DNA from: Heterodontus francisci
Taxonomy: Eukaryota
NCBI RefSeq assembly: GCF_036365525.1
Contig: NC_090380.1
Span: 65,541,591 to 65,605,590, forward strand
DNA length: 64,000 bases
Reading direction: 5' to 3'
Shown: piece after piece, positions 61,076 through 64,000 of the stretch
Layout: each line of letters begins with the position of its first letter
Position numbering within the stretch: position 1 is the first letter of the stretch
Made by a program: the position numbers and the translations under genes
Notes under the pieces: model-generated
The model's database searches: none
Told to the model about the DNA's origin: nothing
Seen by the model: only the letters and a program-made list of their open reading frames with translations

Positions 61076-62496
61076 TTCTTTTGGGCCTCCTTATCTCGAG
61101 AGACAATGGATACGCGCCTGGAGGTGGTCAGTGGTTTGTGAAGCAGCGCCTGGAGTGGCTATAAAGGCCAATTCTGGAGTGACAGGCTCTTCCACAGGTG
61201 CTGCAGAGAAATTTGTTTGTTGGGGCTGTTGCACAGTTGGCTCTCCCCTTGCGCCTCTGTCTTTTTTCCTGCCAACTACTAAGTCTCTTCGACTCGCCAC
61301 AATTTAGCCCTGTCTTTATGGCTGCCCGCCAGCTCTGGCGAATGCTGGCAACTGACTCCCACGACTTGTGATCAATGTCACACGATTTCATGTCGCGTTT
61401 GCAGACGTCTTTATAACGGAGACATGGACGGCCGGTGGGTCTGATACCAGTGGCGAGCTCGCTGTACAATGTGTCTTTGGGGATCCTGCCATCTTCCATG
61501 CGGCTCACATGGCCAAGCCATCTCAAGCGCCGCAGACTCAGTAGTGTGTATAAGCTGGGGGTGTTGGCCGCTTCAAGGACTTCTGTGTTGGAGATATAGT
61601 CCTGCCACCTGATGCCAAGTATTCTCCGAAGGCAGCGAAGATGGAATGAATTGAGACGTCGCTGTTGGCTGACATACGTTGTCCAGGCCTCGCTGCCGTA
61701 GAGCAAGGTACTGAGGACACAGGCCTGATACACTCGGACTTTTGTGTTCCGTGTCAGTGCGCCATTTTCCCACACTCTCTTGGCCAGTCTGAACATAGCA
61801 GTGGAAGCCTTACCCATGCGCTTGTTGATTTCTGCATCTAGAGACAGGTTACTGGTGATAGTTGAGCCTAGGTAGGTGAACTCTTGAACCACTTCCAGAG
61901 CGTGGTCGCCAATATTGATGGATGGAGCATTTCTGACATCCTGCCCCATGATGTTCGTTTTCTTGAGGCTGATGGTTAGGCCAAATTCATTGCAGGCAGA
62001 CGCAAACCTGTCGATGAGACTCTGCAGGCATTCTTCAGTGTGAGATGTTAAAGCAGCATCGTCAGCAAAGAGGAGTTCTCTGATGAGGACTTTCCGTACT
62101 TTGGACTTCGCTCTTAGACGGGCAAGGTTGAACAACCTGCCCCCTGATCTTGTGTGGAGGAAAATTCCTTCTTCAGAGGATTTGAACGCATGTGAAAGCA
62201 GCAGGGAGAAGAAAATCCCAAAAAGTGTGGGTGCGAGAACACAGCCCTGTTTCACACCACTCAGGATAGGAAAGGGCTCTGATGAGGAGCCACCATGTTG
62301 AATTGTGCCTTTCATATTGTCATGGAATGAGGTGATGATACTTAGTAGCTTTGGTGGACATCCGATCTTTTCTAGTAGTCTGAAGAGACCACGTCTGCTG
62401 ACGAGGTCAAAGGCTTTGGTGAGATCAATGAAAGCAATGTAGAGGGGCATCTGTTGTTCACGGCATTTCTCCTGTATCTGACGAAGGGAGAACAGC
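61076..62496 (-). mobile_element. Young 5'-truncated RTE LINE with uninterrupted RT frame
   Basis: ORF 61128-62537: FIDLTKAFD, GVKQGCVLAP, LLFADD, FTYLGS, C-terminal zinc finger. Confidence 0.96.
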
Positions 62497-64000
62497 AAGT
62501 ACTGAAGGAAAAAGATTGTCATATTTTGTTGTGACATGTGTCTTTGTCAAAGTAAGTTTGATTTCCCAGAGTGTTTTTGTCTCATTTAGAAAATTTGCAG
62601 ATAATGTGTGTGCACATTGTTTTAAAGTGTCTTTGATTTCCCAAAAGTGCAGAAGCTTTCTAGCCGAGCAATTTCCGAACCAAGACTATGGCCTATTTGA
62701 ACTACTTGAAGACTGGAATCAGGTTTTAATGTGTACACAGTTTTCCTTCAAGATAGAATGCTCAAAGCTCCATGGGGTGCTCAATTTGGTTGACCAAAGA
62801 CTGAAAAATGTGTTCATTGTAGTGGAGAGAGGCTTCAAGCGACAGCTTAGGGATTTAAATCTAGAGTAGTTAAGGAAAGGTAGGTTTTCAGCATGTTACT
62901 GGTCTACCCAGGTTAACAGTTCACATAGTGTTGAATCTTGATGAGTGGATATTAGTTCGTAATGTACTTTTCATTTTTCCCCATTCTTTACTGAAGGTGC
63001 TGATTTACGGGATATTGTTCCATGAACTCCAGCAACACTCTGGTATTTTGCCCTCAACCATTCATGATGCAAGAGCTTTGGCAATGAATGTTGGCAACTA
63101 TTTGACTGTAGATGGCATTGCAGCCGAGACATATCCTGACTTTCCCCAGTATTTAAACATGTACCCTTTCCATCTTGAGTCACTGGATAATGATCAGGAG
63201 CAGAAATGCTGCCTGGCTGATTTTTCTCCACCACCCTCATCTTTACCCCACAATTGCTGAGGTCTATTGCAGCACCTCAACAGCTGCTCTGACTGAGAAT
63301 AGCTGTCTTGGCAGAGACTGAGGATCTTAATGCTAATGTGGGACCTGTTTGTCTTCGACAGTGCTATTCCAGGTGTTGCTTTTATCCCCTATCATTGAAA
63401 GAGTCTGCTTTTGAGATTTGTTTTGAAATCTTATTTGACCATTTGCTCATTGAATATGCTACAAGCACTTAAAAACACTTGAAAATATCATCATGAAGTT
63501 ATCTTTGAACTAAGGCAGTATATTGGATATGCTGAAAGAGATGGGAGCTTTTACATTTGGATCAGGATTATAGATTTATCCCTGGATTTAGAATTTTATG
63601 CATGGTACACTGGAATTCTGTTGTAGCATCAGCAGTATATTTATCTGGCATCATGCAACACTTCAAGTTACATGGTTAGTTTCTAAATTTAAGTGGGTCA
63701 CAAACAAAAGAGTTGTCGTATGCTATCTACTTTATTGTAATACTAAAAACCTAGTGGGGTATGCTGGTGCTGTGGGTTAGAATATAACTTGTGAGCTGAG
63801 ATCCATACATCTGAAATTTTCCATTTGCTGGGTTTGTGGCTCATGTGAAATGAACTTGGGTAGTCTCAACCCTGTTTCTGTTGGACAGACTTGAGTGGGT
63901 GGAATGTGTTAAACTGGCAGTCTTGTTCTGAAGTTGTAGTTTGGTGTATATGGGAAGTGGAACATAGTGATAGTGTTGGAGTATGGTGGTGCCCATTTGA

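Noticed and set aside
62516-63260. ORFs of 117 and 110 aa
   Set aside because: No recognisable motifs; possibly the antisense of a very decayed LINE, but I cannot support a call.

Overview
Eukaryotic (vertebrate) DNA, almost certainly from a shark: it carries HE1/V-SINEs, DeuSINE-like elements, and shark-type CR1 and Penelope termini. Heterodontus-like is my inference. Most of the window is layered transposable-element DNA, and I recognise no intact host protein-coding gene. Main components: (1) two Gmr1-clade Gypsy LTR retrotransposons on the minus strand, one complete but decayed (13906-23244, gag-PR-IN-RT-RH) and one retaining gag-PR-IN but lacking RT/RNaseH (40581-47886), plus four solo LTRs; (2) four young RTE LINE copies and one old one; (3) several CR1 LINEs, one nearly full length with an esterase ORF1; (4) L2 and Tx1 fragments; (5) Penelope-like pieces carrying minimal hammerhead ribozyme motifs; (6) a Harbinger-like transposon and MITEs; (7) SINEs; (8) a CpG-island promoter with YY1 motifs and splice donors at ~58.9-60.2 kb. 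Structure not explained by known families: an unclassified 330-bp inverted repeat pair, an old degenerate tandem array split by an LTR, and possible decayed spliced-gene relics. All calls come from reading the sequence by eye; no database searches were run.
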